From Candidatus Latescibacterota bacterium (GTDB lineage Bacteria > Latescibacterota > UBA2968 > UBA8231): 64,000 nucleotides of DNA. The notes below the pieces were generated by a model. That model worked only from the letters and a program-made list of their open reading frames with translations. It was not told the origin of the DNA and ran no database searches. Shown one piece after another: positions 9,934 through 19,221 of the stretch (positions are counted from its first letter, which is position 1; each line of letters starts with the position of its first letter). The stretch is from positions 672,001 through 736,000 of the forward strand of contig CBDETK010000013.1 of assembly GCA_965242865.1 (NCBI GenBank), read 5' to 3'. The translations under genes and the position numbers were made by a program.

Positions 9934-10887
9934 ATGAAGAAACTTTTGAGCAGCGCGACTGTTGTGGCACTCGGCATCCTGTTGCCAGCCAGTGCGGCAT
10001 CGGCCCACGTGCCGATCCCGGGCATTGACTCCGGTACGCTTTTCCAGTGGCCCGCGGGCCAAGAACCCACCTTGGATGGCGACCTTTCTGAATGGGATAT
10101 CGTCCCCGAGGATTACTACGTTCCCTTTGACTCGCACTTCGAGTATTATCTCGGCTTGGGCCACGAAAACGACGAGAGCAATCTGTCGTTTCGGGTGGTG
10201 GGGGCATGGAGCGCGGGGACCAACCGCCTCTACTTGATGATGGAGCGGTTTGACAACTATTGGGATCGCAATGGCGTGGGCGCGGTTGCCGCGGGCGATG
10301 ATAGCTGGGAAATCATGATCGACGCCGACCACGGCGGCGACCGGCACTTCGCGCTCCCGGACGATTACGACGACGACGACGAGCGCCAGCGCAACCAAGG
10401 CCGGTTTGCCCAGAACGCCCACTACGTCTGGCCGGAAATGCCCGATGCCAACCGGGCTGTCGGCTGGAAGTGGTTCTTCAACAGCCAGTCCACTTGGCAC
10501 GACGTGCCCCCGTGGGGCGCGTACGGTTTCCAGCTAGATGGCGAAGTCAACTCGGGCGAGGTCACCGCGCGCATTGAGGTGATGTCGGTCGCTTGGGACG
10601 ACTTCTACTGGATCGGCCCGGACGAGAGCCAGATCCACACCTTCGTCGAGGGCAATACCATTGGGCTGGGCTGGGTCGTCCACGACATGGATTCGGCCGA
10701 AGAGGACAACGGCGGCGCCAGCGATGGCGGCTGGGGCATCAACCCCAACATTCAGATGTGGTTCGACTGCGTCAATTGCTCGGACTTCCTGCTGGCGCCG
10801 ATCGACCCCCGCGTAGATTTCAGCAGCCTCGGCACCTCGGTCGAAGAAGAAAGCTGGGGCCGCATCAAAGCGGTCTATATCCAGTAA
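9934..10887 (+). CDS. Secreted CBM9/DOMON-like sugar-binding protein with SWG-x-IK tail
   Basis: Signal peptide MKKLLSSATVVALG...ASA; PTLDGDLSEW, AWS..TNRLY, DSWEIMIDAD; ends TSVEEESWGRIKAVYIQ. Paralog of 22358..23278. Confidence 0.65.
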   Translation: MKKLLSSATVVALGILLPASAASAHVPIPGIDSGTLFQWPAGQEPTLDGDLSEWDIVPEDYYVPFDSHFEYYLGLGHENDESNLSFRVVGAWSAGTNRLYLMMERFDNYWDRNGVGAVAAGDDSWEIMIDADHGGDRHFALPDDYDDDDERQRNQGRFAQNAHYVWPEMPDANRAVGWKWFFNSQSTWHDVPPWGAYGFQLDGEVNSGEVTARIEVMSVAWDDFYWIGPDESQIHTFVEGNTIGLGWVVHDMDSAEEDNGGASDGGWGINPNIQMWFDCVNCSDFLLAPIDPRVDFSSLGTSVEEESWGRIKAVYIQ

Positions 10888-10925
10888 CCTGTCTCATCCC
10901 AAAGAAGCCGTCTGAACCCTCTTGG

Positions 10926-11082
10926 GGCCGGCACGGGGGCCAGCACAGGCCGGCACGGGGGCCAGCACAGGCCGGCACGGGGGCCAGCCCCTAGCCCCCT
11001 AGAAATTTCAGACCGCCTCTAAATCAGTACCTTGGGGCACGTCGAACAAACCGTAGAGGCCGGCCCCCGTGCCGGCCTCTAG
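10926..11082. repeat. REP-like (GTAG family) cluster: 22-bp unit GGCCGGCACGGGGGCCAGCACA x2.9 plus an inverted GTAG-led copy
   Basis: Units start at 10926, 10948 and 10970. 11053-11082 GTAGAGGCCGGCCCCCGTGCCGGCCTCTAG is a palindromic, reverse-oriented copy. Confidence 0.75.
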
Positions 11083-11089
11083 ATCAATC

Positions 11090-11126
11090 TCTGAAGGGGA
11101 GATGCCTCTGGCATCTCCCCTTCAGA
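11090..11126. terminator. Long perfect hairpin (terminator or processing stem)
   Basis: TCTGAAGGGGAGATGCC-TCT-GGCATCTCCCCTTCAGA, followed by a short T run. Confidence 0.6.
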
Positions 11127-11153
11127 TTTCTAGGAGATGTAGGAGATGCCAGC

Positions 11154-13142
11154 ATGACCGCATTTAGAGGATGCTGCGTCGCCCTCTTGCTGGCCGCGAG
11201 CAGCCCCCCGGTGGCGGGATTGACCGTCTATCGGCTGGGCGGCGAAGGCTTGCCGCTCCCGCCCGAAGTGGCCAGCGGAACCGCTGATTTCGTCCAATTT
11301 AATTGGGCCGAACTCGACGCGGACTTGCAGGGAGTTAGCGAATCTCTGACGATGGCCCCCGACGGCATTGCCCCGTTGTTCTTTCCCGCCGATTTCAACA
11401 TCGCGCCGACCGTCAAAGATCGCGGCGGCTACTTGCAGACCCAAGGCTTTCAGGCTTGGATCGAAACCGATGATATCGTCTTGATAAACGACGGCGATCT
11501 AGAGACGGCCTATTACGAGGAAAAGGGATCGAACCGGGTGAACGTGGGGGATGACTTGCGGTTCGGCAAAACCTTGTTGTTCGACCTCGGCGGTTTATTT
11601 GCCGTCGATCGCATCCGCTTTTTTACCCGCGCCGACAACCAAGACAACTACATCGAGCTCTTTCACGTTTGGACCAACACGCTGACGATTGAAGAAGCCG
11701 GGATCAGCAGCGTGGATCTCTGCACGGCCGGGCGGACTGATAACTGCTTGGACTTCGTCAACCGGGCGCACCGCGATTTGTACAACCGCAAAGACATGTA
11801 CTTCAACGCGCTGTTGGAGGTCGAGGAAAACACCCGCTCAACCGTGGAAGTGGAACTCACCGGCGAATACATTCGGCGCGTGGTGCTGTTCGTGCCTTCG
11901 CAGCCGACGCGCGATTGGGAGATCGCCGAGTTTGAGATTTTCGCCCCCGGCTACGTGCCCAACGCCTCGTACCGGTCCAACATCCTCGATCTCGGGCAAG
12001 AGGTCGCGCTCGGGGAGCTGCGCTGGTCTGGGCGCAAGGACGCCGAGGCCACAGTCAACATCCGCAGCCAGAGCGGCAGCGATGCGGACCCCAACATATA
12101 CTGGCGGCACACCTTCCGCGGCGACGAGCAGGTCAACTACGACAGCCGGGGCCGGCCCCTAACCCTGCGGACCTACGGACGCTTGGAGATTTCCGAGCGC
12201 GGCAAGATCACCCGCGATGCCGATCATTGGGATTTTTGGTCGACGACCTACGATTTCAGCGACAGCGTAGGGACGCGCTGGTCGGCGACTAAGCCCCGGC
12301 GCTTTGTTCAATTTGCACTGGACTTTCAATCGAACATGGCCGCGGGCAGCGAGATGAATTACTTGGAGTTTACCGCGTCTCCACCGACCGTCACCGCGCT
12401 GGTGGGAGAAATCGATCCCTATCGGGCGGCAACGGCCCAAGTGACCCAGTTCACCTACGCGGTCCGCCCCACCATTGGCCTCGACGACCCCGGGTTCGAC
12501 CGCTTGGCAATATCGGCCCAAGGCGGCCGCTTGGTCGGCATCGACGATGTGCGGATCGGGGGGCAAGCGGTCGCCTTTGAGCGAGTCCAAGAAGATGGCG
12601 AGCGGCTGGTGGTGGGCGTGCCGCGGCTCGACGTGGACCGCACCGAAGAAGTGGTGGAAGTGGATTTCAGGGGCGAGATTTTTCGCTACGGAGCGACCTT
12701 TGCCGGGCGCGTGTTCGACAGCCAAACCCCGCAGGAGATTGGGCAACCCGTGCCGGCGGGCGACGCCACGCCCCTGCGCGACGGCAACACCCTTTCGGTG
12801 CAGGCTTTGGTGCTCGGCACTCGGGTCCTCGGCGCACTAGACTTGGCCGGCGGCGTGTTTACGCCCAACGGCGACGGGGTCAACGACGAGCTAGACATCG
12901 CGTACGAGCTGCTCAAACTGGTGACGCTGACCGCGACCGTGGTGGAGGTGCGGGACTTGGCCGGTGGCTTGGTGCGCCAAGTGCATCAGGGGCTGGACGC
13001 GGCCGGTCGCCACCGCCGGCCCTGGGACGGGTTGGACGAGCGCGGTCATCCGGTGGCCCCCGGGGTGTACATTTGCCGCGTTGAAGTCGAGACCGAACAG
13101 GGGCGGGAGCAGCGCACCGGGGTCGTTGCGGTGGCCTATTGA
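11154..13142 (+). CDS. Secreted protein with discoidin-like domain and C-terminal CHU_C (T9SS type B-like)/FlgD-Ig domain
   Basis: Signal peptide; FDLGG...WEIAEFEIF; C-terminal VFTPNGDGVND...VRDLAGGLVR...WDGLDERGHPVAPGVYICRV...VAVAY. Confidence 0.75.
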   Translation: MTAFRGCCVALLLAASSPPVAGLTVYRLGGEGLPLPPEVASGTADFVQFNWAELDADLQGVSESLTMAPDGIAPLFFPADFNIAPTVKDRGGYLQTQGFQAWIETDDIVLINDGDLETAYYEEKGSNRVNVGDDLRFGKTLLFDLGGLFAVDRIRFFTRADNQDNYIELFHVWTNTLTIEEAGISSVDLCTAGRTDNCLDFVNRAHRDLYNRKDMYFNALLEVEENTRSTVEVELTGEYIRRVVLFVPSQPTRDWEIAEFEIFAPGYVPNASYRSNILDLGQEVALGELRWSGRKDAEATVNIRSQSGSDADPNIYWRHTFRGDEQVNYDSRGRPLTLRTYGRLEISERGKITRDADHWDFWSTTYDFSDSVGTRWSATKPRRFVQFALDFQSNMAAGSEMNYLEFTASPPTVTALVGEIDPYRAATAQVTQFTYAVRPTIGLDDPGFDRLAISAQGGRLVGIDDVRIGGQAVAFERVQEDGERLVVGVPRLDVDRTEEVVEVDFRGEIFRYGATFAGRVFDSQTPQEIGQPVPAGDATPLRDGNTLSVQALVLGTRVLGALDLAGGVFTPNGDGVNDELDIAYELLKLVTLTATVVEVRDLAGGLVRQVHQGLDAAGRHRRPWDGLDERGHPVAPGVYICRVEVETEQGREQRTGVVAVAY

Positions 13143-13148
13143 AGGAGA

Positions 13149-15713
13149 TTGGCTATGGTCCGGGAGAAATTCGCACTGGCATTGGGGGTGGGGCTCGGAT
13201 GGTGGGGATTGGTGGGGGCGCAGAATCACGCCTTGCGCTCGGACCACGTCGTCGTAACCACCCAACGCCACTGGAGCCATTGGGCCTTTGTCGAGGGCAC
13301 GCTCGACATCGCGTCCAGCGGCGCGGTCGCGCCCGCCTTCGTGCCCAAGGATCACAACGCCGTAACCGACCTCATCCAGCACCTGCGGCGCACCGCAGTC
13401 GATCCCGACGGCGCGACCGTCCTCGACGCGATTGAGGCCGGGACCAACGCGGCCGTGGTCGCCAACCTCTTCGATGGCGACCCAACGACCTATTGGGAAC
13501 CCGACCCGGATAGCCCGCTGCGGGACTGGTGGTTCCAAGTCGATATGGGGCGGTTGATCAATGCCACGCACATCGGCTTGCAATTTGTGCCCGAGGGGCA
13601 GGGCGATCCCTTCCTGCAATTCGCAGTGCTGACGGCCGACAACGCGGACCAAGGCAACAAGGTGGCCGGCAAAGTGCCCATGCACTTGGTGTACCGCACG
13701 CCGAGCGACAACAAAAACCAGCGCACCTTTGAGTTTGACCTGAACCGAGGGGAGCTAATCGACCCGGTGCCCGGAGTGGATTTTGCCGGCGACATGGTGC
13801 GCTTCGTCCAAGTCGTAGTCACCGAAAGCGACGGGGCCCGCGCCGTTGAGGTGTCGGCCGACGAATACGACTCATTGGCCAGCCGCGACCGGGGGGACAT
13901 CGTGTTCCACAAGCAGGTGGGCGACGGAGAAGTGGAGGTCGAGGAAGCGATTTACGCGGCGATTGATCCGCAGTTGCGCGGCGCGGTGCGCTACTATCGG
14001 CGCGAGCGGCCGCGCTTGGCCGAGTTGGAGGTCTATGAGCTGGGCAAGAACATTTCGCAGGGCATGATCCTCGACCGCAATGGCAGCGCCGAAAGCTCCC
14101 ACGAAGGGTCCGTGGGCAACCTCGTCGATGGAGAGGGGACCTACTTGACCTTTAATCTCAAAGCCTTTCAGACCGGGAACGTGGCCTTTGGCGAGCGGTT
14201 TTTGGAGTTTAACCTAGGGGCTTCCTACTGGCTCGACACCGTCCAGTTGTGGTACAACCTCAGCGTGGCCGGCGGCCAGCTCGCGGGCGCCAGCTTTCAC
14301 CAGTACGAAATCCAGACTTCAGACGGCACGCCGGCCCCGGGCGGCGGCCAGTTGTGGGCGGCGCCGGCCCAAGTCCGCGGCTTGGGCACGGCGTTTGAAG
14401 TCAACACCTTTGCGCCGACGCCGGCCCGCTTTGTGCGGATAGCCTATCCCTTTTCGAGCAGCGAATCGGGCCGCGAGGGGAACAAGGCGCGCCTGCGCGA
14501 AGTGCAGATTTACGGCGAAGGATACCATCCCGAAGTGGAGCTGGAATCCGGGCTGATTCCCTTGCAGGGCGCCAAGAGCTTGGTGTCCATCGAATGGGAG
14601 GCGGACGCGCCCCCGGGCACGGCCGTGCAAATCCAAACCCGCACCGGCAATGAGGTCGCCGAAGCCTATCGCTACTACGACAGCGGCGGCGTGGAAGTCT
14701 CCGAGGGCAAGTACGCGAAGTTGGGCTTTTTTAAGAAGGGCCGGATCGACACCCTGCAAGTGGCCGGGGCCGACTGGAGCAATTGGAGCGCGCCCTACGC
14801 GCATTCCGGTGCCCCCATTGCTTCGCCCAGCCCGCGGCAATACCTGCTGTTGCGCGCCCGGTTGACCACCACCGACCCCCGGCAGGCGGCCAGCCTGCGC
14901 TCCATCCGCTTGAACTTCAATCCGCCGGTAGCCAAGCAACTCCAAGGCGAATTAGACATCGGGGTCTTTGACCGCTTGGGGGTGCCGCAGGAGGTTTCCC
15001 TGTTTGTCAAGCCGACCTTTGGGCCGCAGGATCTGGGCTTTGACGAGGTTTTGCTGCGCGCCCCGCCGGACATGGCGCTTGAGTTGGGCGCGGTTCGCGT
15101 GGGCCGTGCGTCCGAGTGGGAACCGCTCGCCGTGCAAGTGGTGGAAACGCGCCCGGACTCGCTCTGGTTGCGCCTCGACCGGCTAATCGAGCGGGGCGGG
15201 GCGGTCGAGCTGATCGAAGTGCAGTTTACCACGGCCCTGTTTTCGCCCGGGGTCGTGCTCCACGCGGCGCTGGGCAATTCGTCGTTGGCCAACTCGTGGC
15301 AACAGGTCGATCCTGCGGACGTGACCGAACTGGCCCACAGCGAGGGGCTGCAGATCGTCGCTTCGGTGCAGGACGACCAAGTGCTCGGCGACTTGGGCAT
15401 CCTGCCAGCGGTCGTGACGCCCAACGGCGACGGGGTCAACGACGCGCTGACCATTGCTTTTACCGTGCGGCGGTTGAGCGGTGCGCGCCCGGTCAAGGTG
15501 CGAATTTACGACCTGAGTGGCCGCTTGGTGCGCCGCCTCGACGCCCACAAGCCCCTAGTGGCCGGGCAATACGCGCTCGACTGGGCGGCCCAAGACGAGC
15601 AGGGGCAAGTGGTTCCGCCCGGGGTGTATATCTTGCGGATCGACGTCGATGCGGATTCGGACCGCGCCGTGCGGCAAACGGGCGTTCAGCACCTGCTGCA
15701 CGTGGCGTATTGA
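13149..15713 (+). CDS. Secreted protein with discoidin-like domains and C-terminal CHU_C/FlgD-Ig domain
   Basis: Signal peptide; LFDGDPTTYW...VDMG; WSNWSAPY; VVTPNGDGVND...IYDLSGRLVR...QGQVVPPGVYILRI...LHVAY. Paralog of the upstream gene; start may be ATG 13155. Confidence 0.75.
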   Translation: MAMVREKFALALGVGLGWWGLVGAQNHALRSDHVVVTTQRHWSHWAFVEGTLDIASSGAVAPAFVPKDHNAVTDLIQHLRRTAVDPDGATVLDAIEAGTNAAVVANLFDGDPTTYWEPDPDSPLRDWWFQVDMGRLINATHIGLQFVPEGQGDPFLQFAVLTADNADQGNKVAGKVPMHLVYRTPSDNKNQRTFEFDLNRGELIDPVPGVDFAGDMVRFVQVVVTESDGARAVEVSADEYDSLASRDRGDIVFHKQVGDGEVEVEEAIYAAIDPQLRGAVRYYRRERPRLAELEVYELGKNISQGMILDRNGSAESSHEGSVGNLVDGEGTYLTFNLKAFQTGNVAFGERFLEFNLGASYWLDTVQLWYNLSVAGGQLAGASFHQYEIQTSDGTPAPGGGQLWAAPAQVRGLGTAFEVNTFAPTPARFVRIAYPFSSSESGREGNKARLREVQIYGEGYHPEVELESGLIPLQGAKSLVSIEWEADAPPGTAVQIQTRTGNEVAEAYRYYDSGGVEVSEGKYAKLGFFKKGRIDTLQVAGADWSNWSAPYAHSGAPIASPSPRQYLLLRARLTTTDPRQAASLRSIRLNFNPPVAKQLQGELDIGVFDRLGVPQEVSLFVKPTFGPQDLGFDEVLLRAPPDMALELGAVRVGRASEWEPLAVQVVETRPDSLWLRLDRLIERGGAVELIEVQFTTALFSPGVVLHAALGNSSLANSWQQVDPADVTELAHSEGLQIVASVQDDQVLGDLGILPAVVTPNGDGVNDALTIAFTVRRLSGARPVKVRIYDLSGRLVRRLDAHKPLVAGQYALDWAAQDEQGQVVPPGVYILRIDVDADSDRAVRQTGVQHLLHVAY

Positions 15714-15762
15714 ACGAGGAGATCGCCGGTTGTGTTGTATAGCGATCCTACATCGTTCAAGA

Positions 15763-15816
15763 CTGGATTCCCGCCCCGTGTCGGAGCACGGGGTGACGTT
15801 CTGTTGCGGGAATGAC
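15763..15816. repeat. Palindromic intergenic element of the CTGGATTCCCGC...GCGGGAATGAC type with an inner hairpin
   Basis: Outer arms ATTCCCGC/GCGGGAAT; inner stem CCCCGTG-TCGGAG-CACGGGG. Confidence 0.6.
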
Positions 15817-15878
15817 CCTTCTATGCAAAAACAGGGCCGATAAACATTCCATGCTTTCAAGTCATTTAGAACTTCCAT

Positions 15879-16142
15879 ATGAACGATGTAACGAGAATTC
15901 GTTATAAGAAAGGCTATGTTTTTCACATTGAGTTCGACAACGGCGTAGCGGGAGACATTGACTTTGCCGAATACTTGGACAAAGGCCCGGTGTTCCTTCC
16001 TTTGCGGGACGAGGAGTTGTTTAGGCAGGCAACCATAGAAGGCGGCACCATCGCTTGGCCCAATGGTGCTGATGTCGCCCCTGAGACGCTATACGCAAAC
16101 ATCGTTCTCAATCGTTGCAAAAAGCAGGTCACGACGAACTGA
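15879..16142 (+). CDS. DUF2442-family protein (putative antitoxin-like, orphan)
   Basis: IEFDNG...DF...GPVFLPLRD...F...GTIAWPNGADVAPETLY signature. Confidence 0.8.
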   Translation: MNDVTRIRYKKGYVFHIEFDNGVAGDIDFAEYLDKGPVFLPLRDEELFRQATIEGGTIAWPNGADVAPETLYANIVLNRCKKQVTTN

Positions 16143-16185
16143 CGTCACGGAGAGCGCAACATTAGCTGCTAAGAGAGGAGCATCT

Positions 16186-16479
16186 ATGACTACTACCTTG
16201 AAACCGGAAATGGAGGCCCGGGTCGCGGCGTTGGCGGAACGGCTGGACGTTACCGCCCCGGACGCCCACGAGCGGGTGCTGGAAATGGCTCTCGATGCAC
16301 TAGACGCGAAAGTGCCCCCGCCGAGACACAAGATGACGCCGGAGGAGATCGCCGCGGAGAAGGCGCGTTGGCTGGAGATTGGCCGCCAGTTGCGGGCGAA
16401 ATATCCCTATGACGACGATCATCCGCCGTCCAAAGTCTGGCAAGAGGAGCTATACGATGAGCAGGGGCTGCCGAAATGA
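16186..16479 (+). CDS. vapB: VapB-type antitoxin (Rv0623-like)
   Basis: GAGGAG RBS before ATG 16186; C-terminal ELYDEQGLPK; ATGA overlap with the PIN toxin. Confidence 0.75.
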   Translation: MTTTLKPEMEARVAALAERLDVTAPDAHERVLEMALDALDAKVPPPRHKMTPEEIAAEKARWLEIGRQLRAKYPYDDDHPPSKVWQEELYDEQGLPK

Positions 16480-16865
16480 TGGTAGCCGACACCTCCGCGC
16501 TAATGGCCATTCTGATGAAAGAACAGGAGCATCGGGACTTTCTCAATGCGATACTGAACGATGGCATAGTGCTGGTATCTACGGCCACCGCCGCTGAATT
16601 GATGATCGTCGCGATGGGGAAAGGCGATGCCGTTTACCAATCAGCGGTCCAGTTTCTAAAGCAACCTTTTATCCGGCTGACGCCGCTGGACGAGCCCCAG
16701 ATGAGGGCGGCTGTTAAGGCTTATCAGCGTTTCGGCAAAGGGCGCCATCCGGCCAGCCTGAATTTAGGCGACACCTTTGCCTACGCCTTGGCGACGACGC
16801 AGCGGTTGCCGTTGTTGTTTAAGGGCGACGATTTCGTGCAGACCGATATTGGGCTCGCGGTATAG
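16476..16865 (+). CDS. vapC: VapC PIN-domain ribonuclease toxin
   Basis: MVADTSALMAIL..E, FGKGRHPASLNLGDTFAYALA, PLLFKGDDF..TD. Confidence 0.92.
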   Translation: MMVADTSALMAILMKEQEHRDFLNAILNDGIVLVSTATAAELMIVAMGKGDAVYQSAVQFLKQPFIRLTPLDEPQMRAAVKAYQRFGKGRHPASLNLGDTFAYALATTQRLPLLFKGDDFVQTDIGLAV

Positions 16866-16910
16866 TTCGACGAACTGTTCACTTCACCCCGATTTCTTCG
16901 ATTCATTGCT

Positions 16911-17714
16911 ATGATACCTCGTGAATTCAAGTTTAGCCAAAGCAGCCTAGCGGCTTTTGAGTACTGTCGGCGGCAGTTTTTGTTGCGCTATGTCGAGCGG
17001 TTGGCGTGGCCCGCGCCGCGGACCGACGCGCTCGACGAGTGGGAGGCCGCGGCCCACCGCGGGCAGGCGTTTCACCAGTTTGTGTTGCAGGAGAGCTTGG
17101 GCATGGAGGTGGAGGAGGCGGTGCGGCAAAGCGGCGATCGGCTGTTGGTCGCTTGGTGGCGCAACTGGCGCGAGCAGCCGCCGACCACCCCGGCGGGGGC
17201 AATGTTCGGGGAAACCATGATCTCCGTGCCGCTAGCCGGTCGGCGGCTCGTCGCCAAATTCGACCGCGTAGTGCTCGCCGACGATGGCCGCGCTTGGATA
17301 TTCGACTGGAAAACCGGCCGCAAAAAGCCAGCGCAAGCCACCTACACCCAAAGCTGGCAAACGCTGGTCTATCGCTTTGTCTTGATTGAGGGCAGCAGAA
17401 TTTTGACCGGAGGCCGCCCGGTCGCGCCCGACGACGTGGAGTTGATCTACTGGCACGCCCAGTACCCGCAGGCCCTGCAGCCGATTGCCTATTCGGCGGC
17501 CGAGCACGAGCGGGCGCGGGTGCTCTTGTCCGAGGCGATCACCGCCATTGAGGCCCTCCCAGACGCAGAGGCGTACGCCAAGACCGACGATGAGAGCAAG
17601 TGCCAACGCTGCGAATTTCACACCTATTGCAACCGGCCGGCCGCGCGGAGCGGGGATTGGGACCTCGACGACGACGAGCTGGACTGGACGCCGATTCCCC
17701 AAGCCGAGCTTTGA
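16911..17714 (+). CDS. PD-(D/E)XK nuclease, Cas4/AddB-like, with a probable four-Cys Fe-S cluster
   Basis: FSQSSL..FEYC, G..FH, KFDRV...IFDWKTG, Q..VY, C-terminal CQRCEFHTYC. Confidence 0.82.
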   Translation: MIPREFKFSQSSLAAFEYCRRQFLLRYVERLAWPAPRTDALDEWEAAAHRGQAFHQFVLQESLGMEVEEAVRQSGDRLLVAWWRNWREQPPTTPAGAMFGETMISVPLAGRRLVAKFDRVVLADDGRAWIFDWKTGRKKPAQATYTQSWQTLVYRFVLIEGSRILTGGRPVAPDDVELIYWHAQYPQALQPIAYSAAEHERARVLLSEAITAIEALPDAEAYAKTDDESKCQRCEFHTYCNRPAARSGDWDLDDDELDWTPIPQAEL

Positions 17715-17727
17715 CGCGGGGCGCGGA

Positions 17728-19209
17728 TCAGCCCTTGAGCGCGCCGAGCTGAATGCCGCGCACGAAGAACCGCTGGCCAAAGACAAAGAGCACGATCATC
17801 GGCAGCATCATCAGGACGCTTCCCGTCATCAAGAGCGAATAGTTCGTCCCCTGCGAGGAATCAAAGTAGCGCAGGGCCACCGGCAGGACCCGCATGTGCT
17901 CGGAGTGGGTGACGATCAGCGGCCACGTAAAAGACTGCCAAGTCCCCATAAAAGAGAAGATCGACAGCGTGATCAGCGCCGGCTTGGACAGGGGCATGAC
18001 GATGCTCCAGAAGGTCTTCCAAAGGTTGGCGCCGTCGATTTCAGCGGCCTCTTCGAGTCCCTTGGGCAGCCCGGTCATAAACTGACGCATCATAAACGTC
18101 CCAAACGCCGTGAACATGGCCGGGATGATCAGGGCTTGGAACGAGTCGAGCCAGCCGAGGCTTTTGAGGAGCACGTAGTTGGGCAGCAAGGTGACGATCC
18201 CGGGGACCATCAAGGTCGCCAAATAGAGCAGGAAGACGGCGTCGCGGTAGCGCCAGTCAAGGCGGGCAAAGGCAAAGCCGGCCATGGCCGACGTCACCAC
18301 TTGGCCGACCATCACGCAGACGGCGACAAAGAGGCTGTTCCAGCCGTAGAGCGAGAACTTGATGTCCTTGTCGCGCAAGACCCGGATGTAGTTGGACCAC
18401 ATCAAGCGCGGCTCGCTGATCTGCAACACATCGCTGCCGTAGGCGATGCGGAGTTGGTCCTCGCCGGGGAAGCGGACATAGAGAATGTCGCCCCCGGGCT
18501 TTTCCGTCAGGGGATCGTCGTCGCTGCGGAGCAGGGGAAAGGCCGAGCGAAAGGGAATGGGGTTGCCCTCGGCGTTGAGGATCGGCTCTTGCGCGTGGAT
18601 GTCCAACACGGGGTCGCCGACGCGATCCCAGGAAATATCGCGGTAGGTATAGGCCGTGCCATCGGGGCGCAACAGGGGGGTGCCGTCGGCGAGGACGACC
18701 GAGGCCGGAGGCAGTTGCTCGGCCGTGCGCCAGCTTTGGCGCTGTTGCACGAGCCGCTTTTGCCACTGGTCGCGCAGGGCTTGGGTCAGCCGCAGGGGCG
18801 TCCCCTCGACGAGGACGGGCCGCCAGCGATTTTTGTACACGGCCAAGCCGTTGCGCTCTTCGACGTTTTTGCCCGGGATGGGCTGGCCATCCGGGTCGTA
18901 GATCAGGCGGCCCTGCTGGTCGCGGATCGGGTCGCCCGGGGCGCCGAGCATCACCGGGTTGCCCAAGGTGATGCGAATGGGCTCGCCTTGGGCGTCGCGC
19001 AGGGGCTGGCCGTCGCGGGTTTTCAGTAGGTCGCCTTCGTTGCCGAGGCGCACCTCTTGCGGCCAGACATGGCTCTGAAAGACCTCGTTTTCGCTCTTGA
19101 GCGAGGTGAGCACCATCCACAGGAACGGCACGAGCGTGGTAAAGCCGAAGAGGACGAGCAGCCCGTGGCTCAGGGAGTGGATCGCGGTCTGGTGGGCGAC
19201 TTTGGCCAT
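17728..19209 (-). CDS. Carbohydrate ABC transporter permease (MalG-like) with a large extracytoplasmic insertion
   Basis: PFLWMVLTSLK, MAGFAFAR, EAA loop LEEAAEIDGA, WQSFTWPLIV; ~220-aa insert after TM1. Confidence 0.88.
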   Translation of the reverse strand: MAKVAHQTAIHSLSHGLLVLFGFTTLVPFLWMVLTSLKSENEVFQSHVWPQEVRLGNEGDLLKTRDGQPLRDAQGEPIRITLGNPVMLGAPGDPIRDQQGRLIYDPDGQPIPGKNVEERNGLAVYKNRWRPVLVEGTPLRLTQALRDQWQKRLVQQRQSWRTAEQLPPASVVLADGTPLLRPDGTAYTYRDISWDRVGDPVLDIHAQEPILNAEGNPIPFRSAFPLLRSDDDPLTEKPGGDILYVRFPGEDQLRIAYGSDVLQISEPRLMWSNYIRVLRDKDIKFSLYGWNSLFVAVCVMVGQVVTSAMAGFAFARLDWRYRDAVFLLYLATLMVPGIVTLLPNYVLLKSLGWLDSFQALIIPAMFTAFGTFMMRQFMTGLPKGLEEAAEIDGANLWKTFWSIVMPLSKPALITLSIFSFMGTWQSFTWPLIVTHSEHMRVLPVALRYFDSSQGTNYSLLMTGSVLMMLPMIVLFVFGQRFFVRGIQLGALKG

Positions 19210-19221
19210 GCGCTTGGCCCC

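Noticed and set aside
10926-10990. 22-bp tandem repeats as a CRISPR array
   Set aside because: Units are contiguous with no unique spacers; they fit REP-like palindromes better.
16911-17714. Cas4 as part of a CRISPR-Cas locus
   Set aside because: No cas1, cas2 or array in the window; solo PD-(D/E)XK nucleases of this type are common.
17485-19029. 514-aa plus-strand ORF and similar long antisense ORFs (8652-9698, 28772-30034, 49960-51099, 60302-61771)
   Set aside because: Shadow frames opposite well-supported genes in GC-rich DNA, with no recognisable motifs.
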